A DNA stretch of 63,601 nucleotides, the filler included, from Octopus bimaculoides (taxonomy: Eukaryota), in the NCBI RefSeq assembly GCF_001194135.2. It is 4 parts of 4 records of this genome, joined end to end, with 100 filler letters (N's around TTAATTAATTAA, not from the genome) between each part and the next. Parts side by side here need not be neighbours in the genome. Positions count along the whole stretch, not along the records: positions 1 to 26,988 come from NC_068981.1; 3 more parts are not named here. One strand, 5' to 3'. A model generated the notes under the pieces. It did not search any database and was not told the DNA's origin. It saw only the letters and a program-made list of their open reading frames with translations. Positions 12,832 through 25,445 of the stretch are shown here, piece after piece. How positions within the stretch are numbered: the stretch's first letter is position 1; each line of letters starts with the position of its first letter. Position numbers and translations under genes: made by a program.

Positions 12832-13211
12832 CATTATTATTATTATTATTATTATTGTTCAGTAGTTTTATTTTTATAACGTGCTTTCACTTCACTACCG
12901 AGTGCAGCTCTGTGCGCCTTGGGAATGTGCTGTGGTTTGCTGTGGTGCTCTTATGTTTACTGTATTGAAAGTGTTTTGCGTAGGATGTGTGCAGTGCCCA
13001 GTAGTGCAATTTTCTGTATGTTATATATATTTGTAAGTCCTGGTGTTTTTGTTATGTATTTGTCTGAATATTTTTTTTATTATACCTAAGGCACCTACTA
13101 TGATAGGAATTGATTCTGTTTTTAGATTCCACATTCGAGTTATCTCTATTTCCAGGTCTTTGTATTTTGAAAGTTTTTCCATTTCTTTTAGAGAAACGTT
13201 GTCATCTGCTG
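12832..13211 (-). mobile_element. R4/Dong-clade LINE 3' end (restriction-like endonuclease region plus (AAT)n tail)
   Basis: NVSLKEMEKLSKYKDLEIEITRMW...IPIIVGALG; tail at 12832-12856; truncated by a gap. Confidence 0.75.
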
Positions 13212-14274
13212 NNNNNNNNNNNNNNNNNNNNNNNNNNNNNNNNNNNNNNNNNNNNNNNNNNNNNNNNNNNNNNNNNNNNNNNNNNNNNNNNNNNNNNNNN
13301 NNNNNNNNNNNNNNNNNNNNNNNNNNNNNNNNNNNNNNNNNNNNNNNNNNNNNNNNNNNNNNNNNNNNNNNNNNNNNNNNNNNNNNNNNNNNNNNNNNNN
13401 NNNNNNNNNNNNNNNNNNNNNNNNNNNNNNNNNNNNNNNNNNNNNNNNNNNNNNNNNNNNNNNNNNNNNNNNNNNNNNNNNNNNNNNNNNNNNNNNNNNN
13501 NNNNNNNNNNNNNNNNNNNNNNNNNNNNNNNNNNNNNNNNNNNNNNNNNNNNNNNNNNNNNNNNNNNNNNNNNNNNNNNNNNNNNNNNNNNNNNNNNNNN
13601 NNNNNNNNNNNNNNNNNNNNNNNNNNNNNNNNNNNNNNNNNNNNNNNNNNNNNNNNNNNNNNNNNNNNNNNNNNNNNNNNNNNNNNNNNNNNNNNNNNNN
13701 NNNNNNNNNNNNNNNNNNNNNNNNNNNNNNNNNNNNNNNNNNNNNNNNNNNNNNNNNNNNNNNNNNNNNNNNNNNNNNNNNNNNNNNNNNNNNNNNNNNN
13801 NNNNNNNNNNNNNNNNNNNNNNNNNNNNNNNNNNNNNNNNNNNNNNNNNNNNNNNNNNNNNNNNNNNNNNNNNNNNNNNNNNNNNNNNNNNNNNNNNNNN
13901 NNNNNNNNNNNNNNNNNNNNNNNNNNNNNNNNNNNNNNNNNNNNNNNNNNNNNNNNNNNNNNNNNNNNNNNNNNNNNNNNNNNNNNNNNNNNNNNNNNNN
14001 NNNNNNNNNNNNNNNNNNNNNNNNNNNNNNNNNNNNNNNNNNCAGTAAACAAATGTCACCTTATTTTGCTGGCTATGATGGAAAATGTCAACTGTCTACA
14101 GCCAGCAGACTAAGGTGACATTTGTTTACTGGTCATGCTTCAAGAACCCTGCGAAGAATTCTTGCAATGCAGATTTTTGTAGGCGTTCTACTTTCACACT
14201 TGCACTATTATTTCTCAGCCATGTTAGTAGTTGAGTGCTGATACTTCCAAGTGTACCAATTACTNNNNNNNNNN

Positions 14275-14275
<1 letters not shown>

Positions 14276-14320
<45 letters not shown>

Positions 14321-14888
14321 TATGAAAACTCACAGCTTATTTTGCTGGCTATGATGGAAAATGTCAACTGTCTACAGCCAGCAGACTAAGGTGACATTTG
14401 TTTACTGGTCATGCTTCAAGAACCCTGCGAAGAATTCTTGCAATGCAGATTTTTGTAGGCGTTCTACTTTCACACTTGCACTATTATTTCTCAGCCATGT
14501 TAGTAGTTGAGTGCTGATACTTCCAAGTGTACCAATTACTATTGGTATCACGCCTACTCTCTTCATTGACCACAACTTTCGTATTTCCCACTTTAAATCG
14601 TCATAGTTGTTTATTTTTTCTTCTTTCATATTGATCCTGTTATAACCGGAGTATGGTATGTTGATTATCATACATGTTCCCTCTTTTCTATTCACCACAA
14701 CAATGTCCGGTTTACAAATCTTTAGGAATAGCTCCTAATGCACCCATAAGTACTGGGATACATTTTATCTCCACTTTCTATAGTCTCTCTAATTCAATGG
14801 CTAGGTCCTGGTACTTTTCTATTTCTTTTATATCTCTCATTAATTTTTTTCATCCTTTGGGGTTGTAAAGTCAATTATGTGGCACCTT

Positions 14889-14946
<58 letters not shown>

Positions 14947-16500
14947 GAAATCAGGCCTTCTATCGTCTATCACTCTGTCACTCTGAATGTTAAAGTCCCA
15001 CAACATCTTATATTTTCTTACTTTCTAGTATTTTACTAGGTTCATATTCATACCATTTATCAGTATGGTCAAATCCTAGCTTTCTACATAACTCCCAGTG
15101 GATTACTCTCCCTAGGTTGTCATACCTTTTCTTGTATTCCTTCTGTGCCAGCATGCTACATTCACTTACTATATGAGTATCACGTTCCTCTTTTGATTTG
15201 TATAACCTTCATTGGCAATCTACTTGGATTTTGTCTATTTTGGCTTTTATCCAATTAGTCCTTAATGCTTGATATTGTGCAGCTACTAACAAACATTCTC
15301 TTTCCCTCTTCAGCTTTCCCTCTTCTTTACTTTCTGCAACAGTAACCATGTCTCACTACTATTTGCTGCAACTGTTTTTGGAAATATACCAAGCAACACC
15401 TTCTCCTGCCAGTCAGATAATTTCTCTTCTTCTTTCTGGTTTTTAACTTCGTTTGGGTTTTTGGTTTCCTTATGTCTTGCTGTGACTCTTGCAGCTTTTA
15501 GTAAGTTTTCTTCACTGTCATCTACATAGGAGTCTATATCTACTCTAGCTAACTCGACATACTCTTCTACTGGTATTAATCCTCTTCCGCCCTCCTTTCT
15601 TGGTAGGCATAATCTTACTACTCCTGCCCTTAGGTGGAGTCCTCCATTCATATGGAATTCCTTCCTAGTTCTTCTGTCTATCTCTGCTAATTCAGTCTTT
15701 GTCCAATCTACAAAAGCTGCTGAGTAACTAAGTAATGATAATGCCCAAGTATTTGCAACCTTCATTAGATTCAGCTTTGACTTCATTAGCTTCTTCACCC
15801 TTCTAATGTACTCCTTCTCAATTTTCGTTTTCATTTCTGTATTTATTACCCTGTCAGATTCTAATACACTTAGATACTTGTAACTCTGTCCTCCTTCCAA
15901 TGATTTTAATGTCTGGCCATCTGGTAATCGGTTGCCTCCGCTGTTGACTACCTGTCCCCTTCTCATGACTAATATTGCACACGTATCTCTGTTAAATTCC
16001 ATGCCTGTAACTTTGCAGAAGGAATCTGTCTCTTTTCATTCTTCCTAAAATATTCAGATCATCCATGTAGAGCAAATGATTAATTTTTCCGTTATTTCTA
16101 AACTGATACCTGCCTTTGATTTCCTGAGGGTGATCAAACATGACACAAATATTAAAGGGGATAGCAAGTCCCCTTGGAGAATTTCTCTTTGATATTAACT
16201 TTCCCTACGAGTGCGTCACCTGAGTAGAGATCAACTTTCCATTTCTTCTTGCTAAAGCTAATTAATTCTCTTATGTTGTCTGCTATACTGAATATACTCA
16301 AACATTCACTTATCCATGAGTATGAGATCATGTCATAGGCTTTCCTATAATCTATCCATGCTATTATGAGATTATTTTCTAGCTTTTACTTCATGTAGAA
16401 CTGCTTTGTCTGTATATAATAGATCATGCGTTCCTCTAGCCTTCTTCCTGCAACCTTTCTGTTCTGGTTGTAAATTCTGGTTGTCAAGGTGCTCGCACAC
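14276..16500 (-). mobile_element. 5'-truncated R4/Dong-clade LINE (RT, C-terminal domain, RLE, (AAT)n tail) inside the TLR intron
   Basis: DLLSPLIF, HLLYMDD, YKYLSVLES, RLCLPRKEGGRGL, EEKINNYDDLKWEIRKLW...VIPIVIGTLG; tail 14276-14318; multiple disruptions. Confidence 0.85.
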
Positions 16501-16521
16501 TATTTTTCTTCTTCTTCTTAC

Positions 16522-16561
<40 letters not shown>

Positions 16562-16915
16562 GTTAGTCTCTGTCATCGGACGGTATAGCTTAAAGAGGCA
16601 ATCCCAGACTGTTGCCACCACCACATGAACTATAACGAGGGGTTGGAATTTGTGGCGGTCCACGAGGATGCTACCGTATAATGTGAGCTCAGGTGGTAAA
16701 GAACTCATACAATACTATTTTTTCTCTCCTTTAAAGAGAAAGAGATAGAGATCTCTTTCTCTTTCTCCCTCTTTCTCTCCTTCTCTTACCCTCTCGATCT
16801 TTCTTTCTCCCCGCTATGTCTTCACAGTCCCCTCCAGATTTTACCAGCAAATTATGATAATATTTGTTTCGTATTTTAAGTTGTATCATCAATGTATAAT
16901 ATCGTTTAATTTCAG

Positions 16916-17150
16916 GAGCTTTTTGTCAAGTGAGTGGTGTATGTTTGAATATAACATGGCTAAAATGGAATGTATCCACACTGAGAGAGATTTGGTAATT
17001 GTCATAATGCTCGAAGAACTCTCTGTAGACATTCTACCTTTACAATTACAACATCAAATCAAAACACAGAGTTATATATGTTTTCCAACGGAGAACGCGA
17101 CAAGTGATGTTTTCTGGAATAATCTTAAAAAGTCTATACGAGACGGTTAA
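16916..17150 (+). CDS. TLR: Toll-like receptor, coding exon 2 (C-terminal half of TIR)
   Basis: Acceptor TTTAATTTCAG|G at 16915/16916. AG+G restores Arg, giving LLSR|SFLSSEWCMFEYNMA...VIMLEELS...YICFP...FWNNLKKSIRDG*, which contains the FLxSxWC motif and box3 FW. Phase 2 matches the exon 1 donor. Confidence 0.9.
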
Positions 17151-17270
17151 TAACTGTGATCGATTTCAATTATATATCAATTTTAAAACGGTATCACCGT
17201 AAGCACATTTTGTAATTTTCTCATTTGTACATATGTAGCAAGACTTTAATTTTCTGTGCGCGCACACGTG

Positions 17271-17351
<81 letters not shown>

Positions 17352-17729
17352 GAGAGAGAAATTTCTTTATAGAAAATTGCTATTGCGTTCAGTAAATATT
17401 CATTACAACCTTACCTTTAAATTTTATTAACAAAAAAACGTTTCTTTGTATGTACTCGCAGTCATTTGTTTATTTTCAATATCAATATTTTGCTGATCAT
17501 TGTATAATTTGTTGTATGTGCTAATTGCTAGCGATTGCATATTACCAACTTGTTCATTCTTTTCTTTCTATATTTTGAATCGAGGAATCCGTTTTTGCAA
17601 TGTGTTTCCCTCTGCAAACTTGTGACAAATAAAAATTGTATATTTGAAAGCGCCCATTGATTTTTTTTTTATCAGTATATCAGGAATCTTTTACAATCTG
17701 TTGAAATCTCAAACAGAACTATTCATGGT

Positions 17730-18400
17730 ATAATATCACTCTAGATTCTCGAGCAGAATGCTTTACAGACATGCAGGTGAGTCTCTTGATCGCACTTGAA
17801 ATGATTCCTGGTAAAAAATTCGAGCAAACTCTGCTGGTCATCACAAAATTTACACCTGCTGATAAGTTGAAGGCATGTCCCAAAGAAACCTTCATATTGA
17901 GACAAGAAGAAAAACATCATTCTACCAAAATTACAGTGAGCCTTATTACAGATGCCTCAGCAGCCCAAATTGCAAAGATTTTACTTCAAACAGGGGCAAT
18001 GGTCAGTTTCCAGGTGTCAGTGAAAGTAAAGATGTTATAATTCAAAATAATTGTCGATCGGTATACCTAGAAATCGCAAGAAACGCTACTGAAATTTTAC
18101 CCTAGACCTTTGCGGAGTTGCAAAATCCCTAAGTGGTTTGTAAACATGCATTCCTAGTTCCCCAAAGTAACATTATGCAGGGTATTAATAACACTATAAC
18201 TCAATAGAGACTGGGCGAATTCCAGTGATAAAAGTCAAAACACCAAGTGGTCGTATTTTACGATACTGACAGCTATCCAACAGTGTTTGCCGATTCTCTT
18301 CGGTCTGCAACTGTTAGTAAAACTGATCAGGTCGCTGCAAATTTGGATACACCAAAGTTCTTTAAGCAATCGCCTTCATCAGATTGTAAATTACATTGGC
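17730..18400 (+). mobile_element. Highly decayed Helitron PIF1-like helicase fragment
   Basis: FEQTLLVITKFTPADKLKAC and DASAAQIAKILLQTG(NG) resemble the Helitron GDFRQTLPVI..GT.ADE..ACLK and SA..F...LL.IGNG motifs; later WVCKHAFLVP resembles WL.ERAILAP. Confidence 0.55.
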
Positions 18401-18433
18401 ATTACAAACTCTAGACACCCACACGCACGCATG

Positions 18434-18507
<74 letters not shown>

Positions 18508-19039
18508 NNNNNNNNNNNNNNNNNNNNNNNNNNNNNNNNNNNNNNNNNNNNNNNNNNNNNNNNNNNNNNNNNNNNNNNNNNNNNNNNNNNNNNNNNNNNN
18601 NNNNNNNNNNNNNNNNNNNNNNNNNNNNNNNNNNNNNNNNNNNNNNNNNNNNNNNNNNNNNNNNNNNNNNNNNNNNNNNNNNNNNNNNNNNNNNNNNNNN
18701 NNNNNNNNNNNNNNNNNNNNNNNNNNNNNNNNNNNNNNNNNNNNNNNNNNNNNNNNNNNNNNNNNNNNNNNNNNNNNNNNNNNNNNNNNNNNNNNNNNNN
18801 NNNNNNNNNNNNNNNNNNNNNNNNNNNNNNNNNNNNNNNNNNNNNNNNNNNNNATTATTTCAAAATATCTGTATTTTATCAAAAAATATCCAAATTGTAC
18901 TGATAATAGAAATTCGAATTGAAAATCTGTCAATGTTGAAGCACCTCAGGGTAAACAATATTCATAGTGTAACTTTTTGTTGGTGTCGAAATTAATAAAT
19001 TGTTGCTGCTTTCAACTCGCGAGCAAGCAACGAGTTGGC

Positions 19040-20680
19040 CATGGGAAAAGCATGTAGTAGAGAGATCAAGTGCAACTTTGATCCTGAGATTTGTTAATTG
19101 AAATACCAAAACTTAGTTTGACTGGAAACTGAAGCGTCTTAAATTCAAATGTAAGATCAGCAGGTATGACATGAATTTTTGGAATAAAGACATTTTCACC
19201 TTTGTGACTATCTGTTATGATTGTTGCCTGTAGGATAAGGGGTTTCATGGAAGTAACAATTAAGCGAGTTCCATTACACATGTGAGATGGTTCAAGATTC
19301 CCAAGCAACATAACAGGAGCACCCAGTTTTAGTGTCAAGTTATGCTCTGGTATCCCAATGGGTTTTTAAGTGTGTTCAGAAATTCAACAGGGTATTGAAC
19401 AACCTGATCTTGATCAACTGTTATCAATTGATCGAAAAGTCATTTCTGATATATCTGTTAACTTTTGAAGAAGTTCGTGATTGAGTTTATCAATCATTTC
19501 ATTTGTTGGAGCTAGCATAGCTCTTTCACATAGCCAGTTTAAATCAGCGTAATTTACAGATAAATTAGGAAATACTTTATACATAAGATCCCTAAGCGAA
19601 AGTGTCATTTAATCGCATGTAATTTCATGTAGTCGAAGTCTTGAGTTGAGTGCTAATATCTCATTACCAATCTTAAGAAGCTCGTATAATTACCTTGTAG
19701 AAATACTCTGATGTTGCTTGTTAGATGACATTTTTTTCACATGTCTCCAAAGACACGATTTTTTGAATCATGCATTGACCTCAACAGCTTTTGATCTTTT
19801 TGGGATAACTGGCAATGCTTGACGAATATATCCTGCAAGAAAAACTGTTACTAATCCCATGAGCGTGCTATTTTTTTTTTGTCTTGCAGGGTACGGTCGA
19901 GTACCTCTGGAGCACAACGGTGTGACAGTGCACTCATCCCAAACAATGCGGCAAGTTTGTTGGAGATATGTTGCAATTGCAGAGCTTTTAGAAATGTTGC
20001 ACATTTGAGATTCTTTCAAGGTTTAGAGGGAGCTTAAACATAGAATGAGCAGTTCTTCCCTCATCGAAGAAGGTAGCTGTAATACCAGAAGATGCAACAC
20101 TGGAAGATTTTATTTCGTCCCAATTAGGACTGCAGGTGAAAGGGACAAAAAGATCTGGTTTTCCATACATCCTGTGAATGTTGATGGAAGGATTATAACT
20201 TGGCCCATGTTTTGAATATCACCATCTGTCCTCAGAGCATCTTGGGGATGAACATAATTTTTAGCTCTTAATTTTTTTTATTGTTATGAATGTAGAAAAG
20301 ACGCATATTCTCAACTTTAACATAAATATCAACCAGGTATTGCTGAAATAGATCACGATACATGTGTAATTGATTTGATTGTTCTGGTCTCAACATCAGT
20401 GGGTAAGAATAGAAAGTCATTTGATGACACATTTTTGCTTGCAATTGGCTCTCCTGTTGCAGGTTCAATCTGTGGAATATTGAAATGATACCCATCTTGT
20501 CCATTCCACAGAATAAGAGCATCATAAGAGGGATGAGTCTCTGAAACACGTTTAAGATTGTTATCTCGAGCACGAATGAGAATATCAGGATTTTCATGGG
20601 GATCACCTACCATAAAGATGGCTACTTCATTAGCCGTGGGTTCATAAAAAACGGCGTAAAATGTCCTCTACTATAGTTTA
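19040..20680 (-). mobile_element. Internally deleted Helitron RepHel remnant
   Basis: RRFYEPTANEVAIFMVG, YLVDIYVKVE, YGKPDLFVPFTCSPNWDEI (Rep motif 1), GITAT...GRTAHSMFKLPL, IVWDEC, WLCERAMLAPTN, LKLGAPVMLL.NL..CNGTRL, FPVKLSFGISINKSQ. Confidence 0.9.
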
Positions 20681-22680
20681 ATATAGACGTAACGAACGCG
20701 GAAGCACACACACATTCACAGACACATAGACATTCATAGAATTGATAATATTAAAAACAGCAAAACGTACACACATGAAATTAAAGCGAAGCGAAATGTA
20801 ATCAATACAGGTGCAAAACATACTTTCTGTAGCATAGTTATTCTATAAAAATTCTTTTTAGGGAATATTTGAAAAAGAAATATTCCAGCGTCGGAAAGTC
20901 ACCGTTTTAGTAAAAATTAAAGCACAGGAAGTAGACATTTATTTGGAGCATGTACTAAATATAAAATTCAAGATTGAATGTCATGGTGAAGAAAGTCAAA
21001 CTCCAAGAAAATTCAGAAGGCATAATTTAATTTTCATACAGAAATAATTAGTTTACAAATTTTAAATGAACGCTGAACGGAGTGTGTACAAAGGAATATG
21101 TTGCTATTGTGAATGTTAATTAATTTAAAACACTTTCTGAAGGATGTATGTGGCAAGACATAAATTAATTTGACAACACTTACTATATATTTTAACCGTG
21201 TAAGGTTATAGGCTGTAGAATAAATTCTGACTAACGCAATAAAAAAGGTGACACAGCGTTGACTACTCACACTGATAAATCAGTATACAGGAATACTTTA
21301 AAGTCGCTTGGACTGTTAAAAAAGCATTATCTTCAAACTGGTTATAAGGACTGGAATAACATTTCTGTAATTATATTGAAAGAGCTGCTTAGGCTTTCTA
21401 CTTCGCCAAATTTCCGAATTTGTTATAATAACCAGAATAATATTTTTTTTTTAGATACATTTAAGAGTGTTGTGCGTGCTGTCAAATCAGCAACATCTTC
21501 ATGCTGGTTATAACATCCAGAATAATATTTCAGCACGTAAATAGTGATATTCGTTAATGCTGTTTAAACCGCAACTTTCCATGATGAAAAGGAAAATACA
21601 AACACTGGTACTTCAAAATGAACGCTGTCGTTCGTTCAATGTCCAGACCGTGACAAGACTAAACTCTTTCAAAATCAGCGCGTTTCACGGTTGGGTGGTA
21701 CAGTCACATACACTCTCTCTCTCTCTCCCGCTATTCCTCTGTCTTTCAACTTCTATAGAAACTTGTTTTCTCTCTCTGTTTCTTTCTCTTTTCTCTCTAT
21801 TTTTTTCTTATTCTGTGTTTCTCTCGCTCACACATATTCTCGAAAGATTATAGTGTTAAATTTTTGTAACGCAAATATGTAAATAAAAATAAAGTTTAAT
21901 TGGTAACCGAAAGATTACTGAATATTTTGATACCTCATACGTCAAAATTGACATCTCAGTTTTCGAATCCATAGGGAACACACGCACGCCCGCACGCCCG
22001 CCCGCACGCCCGCACGCACACATACACACATATACACAAACTCTCTTTGATATAGGTACGACCCAACCTCGTTTCCAAGGTTATCAGCGCCCCCTTCTTT
22101 CCTGCTTTCCCCCTCTCTTTGTACCGGCCTTCTTTCACCTTCACCTATAGAACATACATACGTATGAAACACCAGNNNNNNNNNNNNNNNNNNNNNNNNN
22201 NNNNNNNNNNNNNNNNNNNNNNNNNNNNNNNNNNNNNNNNNNNNNNNNNNNNNNNNNNNNNNNNNNNNNNNNNNNNNNNNNNNNNNNNNNNNNNNNNNNN
22301 NNNNNNNNNNNNNNNNNNNNNNNNNNNNNNNNNNNNNNNNNNNNNNNNNNNNNNNNNNNNNNNNNNNNNNNNNNNNNNNNNNNNNNNNNNNNNNNNNNNN
22401 NNNNNNNNNNNNNNNNNNNNNNNNNNNNNNNNNNNNNNNNNNNNNNNNNNNNNNNNNNNNNNNNNNNNNNNNNNNNNNNNNNNNNNNNNNNNNNNNNNNN
22501 NNNNNNNNNNNNNNNNNNNNNNNNNNNNNNNNNNNNNNNNNNNNNNNNNNNNNNNNNNNNNNNNNNNNNNNNNNNNNNNNNNNNNNNNNNNNNNNNNNNN
22601 NNNNNNNNNNNNNNNNNNNNNNNNNNNNNNNNNNNNNNNNNNNNNNNNNNNNNNNNNNNNNNNNNNNNNNNNNNNNNNNN

Positions 22681-22722
<42 letters not shown>

Positions 22723-23062
22723 CTCCCTCTCTCTCTCGCTTTTATATATTAAGATGTATTTTTTTGAAGCTTTATTTTTTCCTCTACAACTTTTGCTTAC
22801 CATTTCTGAAATTTGGATAAATTTTACCTGCTTTCAGACAGATGACGATGGAGTGCCAAGTAGAAAAATATGAGCATCTTCGACACCTGCATTGACTATT
22901 TCAATCTTTAGTTTTCATGAACAATATTAATAAATCAGTCAATGATGCATATTATCTTTCCTTGTTCACGACTTTTTGCCAACATTCCACTAGCTTGTCA
23001 GCGCCTGCCTTGACAATAGAAATCACAACTTTTTGTGAGAGTTATATTCTTTTATTCCTTTG

Positions 23063-23400
23063 CACGTTTCAGTCATTTGACTGCGGCCATGCTGGAGCAC
23101 TGCCTTAGATGGTTTTAGTCTGAGAAATGGGTACTAGGACTTATTCTTTGTAAGCCTAGTATTTATTCTGTCGGTCTCTTTTGCCGAATTGCTAAGTTAC
23201 AGGGGGCAAACACAGACACAAAGACACGCACATCGTGTATACACACGATAGGCTTCTTTTAGTTTCCGTCTACCAAATCCACTCACAAGGCTTAGGTCAG
23301 CCCGAACCTATAGTAGAAGACACATGCCCAAGGTGCCACGCAGTGAGACAGAACCCGGAACCACGTGGTTGGGAAACAAACTTCTTACCACACAGCCACG
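23063..23400 (-). mobile_element. SINE family A copy
   Basis: Same head (GGCTGTGTGGTAAG..GGTTCCGGGTTC) and tail as other family A copies. Confidence 0.8.
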
Positions 23401-23424
23401 TAGGTTACCTTTTCCTCGTCTCTT

Positions 23425-23722
23425 GAACTGGTGTTAATTGCTGTCAATTCGAAAGTTTTTCAGTCTCTTATTCGTGATCTCCTTTGTGCGGACGATTCCA
23501 TCTTAGTTGCTCATTCAGCTAAAGATATGTAATTTCTCATGGATTACAGTTCTATTTGGACTCAGCATTAATCTATTGCAATGTTCCAGTCTGCACCACG
23601 AAACCCATATGTGATACCATTTATCTTAGTTGAAAGAACAACATTGAAAAGGGTAGACAAGTTTGTCTACCTGGGCAACACACTCAGCCTTTCACGCTCT
23701 TTGGATGATGAAATATCTTTAA
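23425..23722 (+). mobile_element. RTE-clade LINE RT fragment
   Basis: RDLLCADD and VDKFVYLGNTLS...LDDEISLR motifs. Confidence 0.75.
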
Positions 23723-24290
23723 GGTTGCTTCTCCCTGTTAATGGTGGGAGGTGGCACAATCTTTATAATAGACTCAGCTGATAGCTGTACGCTTCCCATT
23801 GTCGACAACAGTTGTTCAGCGAAGGTTATCAGTCCCGTTAATTCCGTACACTGTACGAAGGCGTGCAGGACAATTTCATTGCCCTGCCCACACCTCGGGC
23901 ATGTCGGTGGGACGGAACGATCGTGCCTCGATAACCTCTCACGAACAGGTAAATCTGATCGATAGCGTAACCAGGCCAGGGATTTCTGGTAATTATCCAA
24001 GGGTTCTTCTAAACAGGTTGGTCAACTGACTTCCATCAACGCCCAGAGTCTCTCCCAGGACAATGTCTGACATAAACTCTACCAGCCCGCTATAGAAATT
24101 CACTGTGTATTGCCCACTCAGGAGAGCAGCTTGAGTGCCTGTCGCCCTGACTAGGTCTACGCTTGATCCATGGACCAATATTCCGTAGGGATGTCAATTG
24201 AGGGAAGAAAAACCTCACGTGCGGTGACCACACCTGCTCACCATCCAAGTAGAGTCAGAGGTGCCTAAGCCTTAGCGCGAACTTGCGCGT
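23723..24290 (-). mobile_element. L1/Tx1-like LINE C-terminal (zf-RVT, CCHC) fragment
   Basis: QKSLAWLRYRSDLPVRERL...CPRCGQGNEIVLHAFVQC. Confidence 0.7.
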
Positions 24291-24768
24291 CCTATTGTTA
24301 TTACTCTGCTAGGAGTGCGGAATAATAATAAATTATATCTTTGTCTTCAGCTTATGTGAATCATTTATGTCTGATAACGGTCGTTTTCCCTTCATCTGGA
24401 ACAAATATAAGATATGTTGCAAGTTTTCGATCTAACTTAAATGAAATATTCTTATCCCTTATTTAAAATCTTGTAGACATCTCTTTAATTGTAAATGTCC
24501 TCTAAAGAAATATGTTCACTCTGTGTAAACCATTTCTGCTTCTGGTGCATGGGGTCACGGTAAGTCCTGCCAATATGTTATATTCGTCGTAAAGTAAAAT
24601 TTCAGTTGCTTCCTTACGGCATACTCGGCATCGCTTTCGTTCTCTCATGTATGGAGTTGCAAATTTTACAATGATTCGCTATAAGATGTAACAGGAATTT
24701 AAATTTTTGTTGTAGCCAGACGTATTCGACCAATCAAGTTAATGGGGCAAGCTAGCATTTTAAAAAAT

Positions 24769-24886
<118 letters not shown>

Positions 24887-25445
24887 ACATACACACACAC
24901 ACACATACACACACATACCAGAATATATATCCATCCGCCCAATGCAATTTTAACCTTAAAGTGCATGTCGAAAAACCCATTTTAAGAACTGCATGTGTAT
25001 TTTTGTTCATGTATTTTAATTGATTGCATCTTTGGGCAGAGAATATCTTGCAGCCAAATGTGACTAGGAAGAGGCATGATGCCATCCCATTTTCTGCAAA
25101 AAGTTCTTGTACTTGGCAGACTTCCATTCAAAAGTTTGATCGCACCCTCTTTATAGACATTTTGGTAGCATACTCTCTGTTTACCTCCCCTTAATTCTGT
25201 TGTAAATTAATTTCCCCCACTTAATACAAACTGCTATCTCGTCCAACGATCTCTCCAATGGTGGATCCCGTCACCTTTTCTATCCAATAATGTTACATAT
25301 AAAACTTACACATCTCTGACAATAAGTATTGATTATGTAATTTGCAATATGTAATCAACAGTCACATGATGATAATGAAAGATGCGTAAGATGGTGTAAC
25401 TAAATATCGGATAATCAACCTCTCGTGTTTTGTTTTCTCCTTATA

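Larger units (their letters stand above)
11457..16915 (+). other. TLR intron inside the TIR domain (5459 bp as assembled, GT-AG, phase 2)
   Basis: GT at 11457 and AG at 16914-16915; the join restores a continuous TIR domain; contains LINE fragments and N gaps. Confidence 0.88.

Noticed and set aside
13021-14113. Long ORFs containing X runs (also at 4.4, 18.3, 22, 31.6, 43, 46, 49.5, 55, 60 and 62 kb)
   Set aside because: Open only because N gaps contain no stops.
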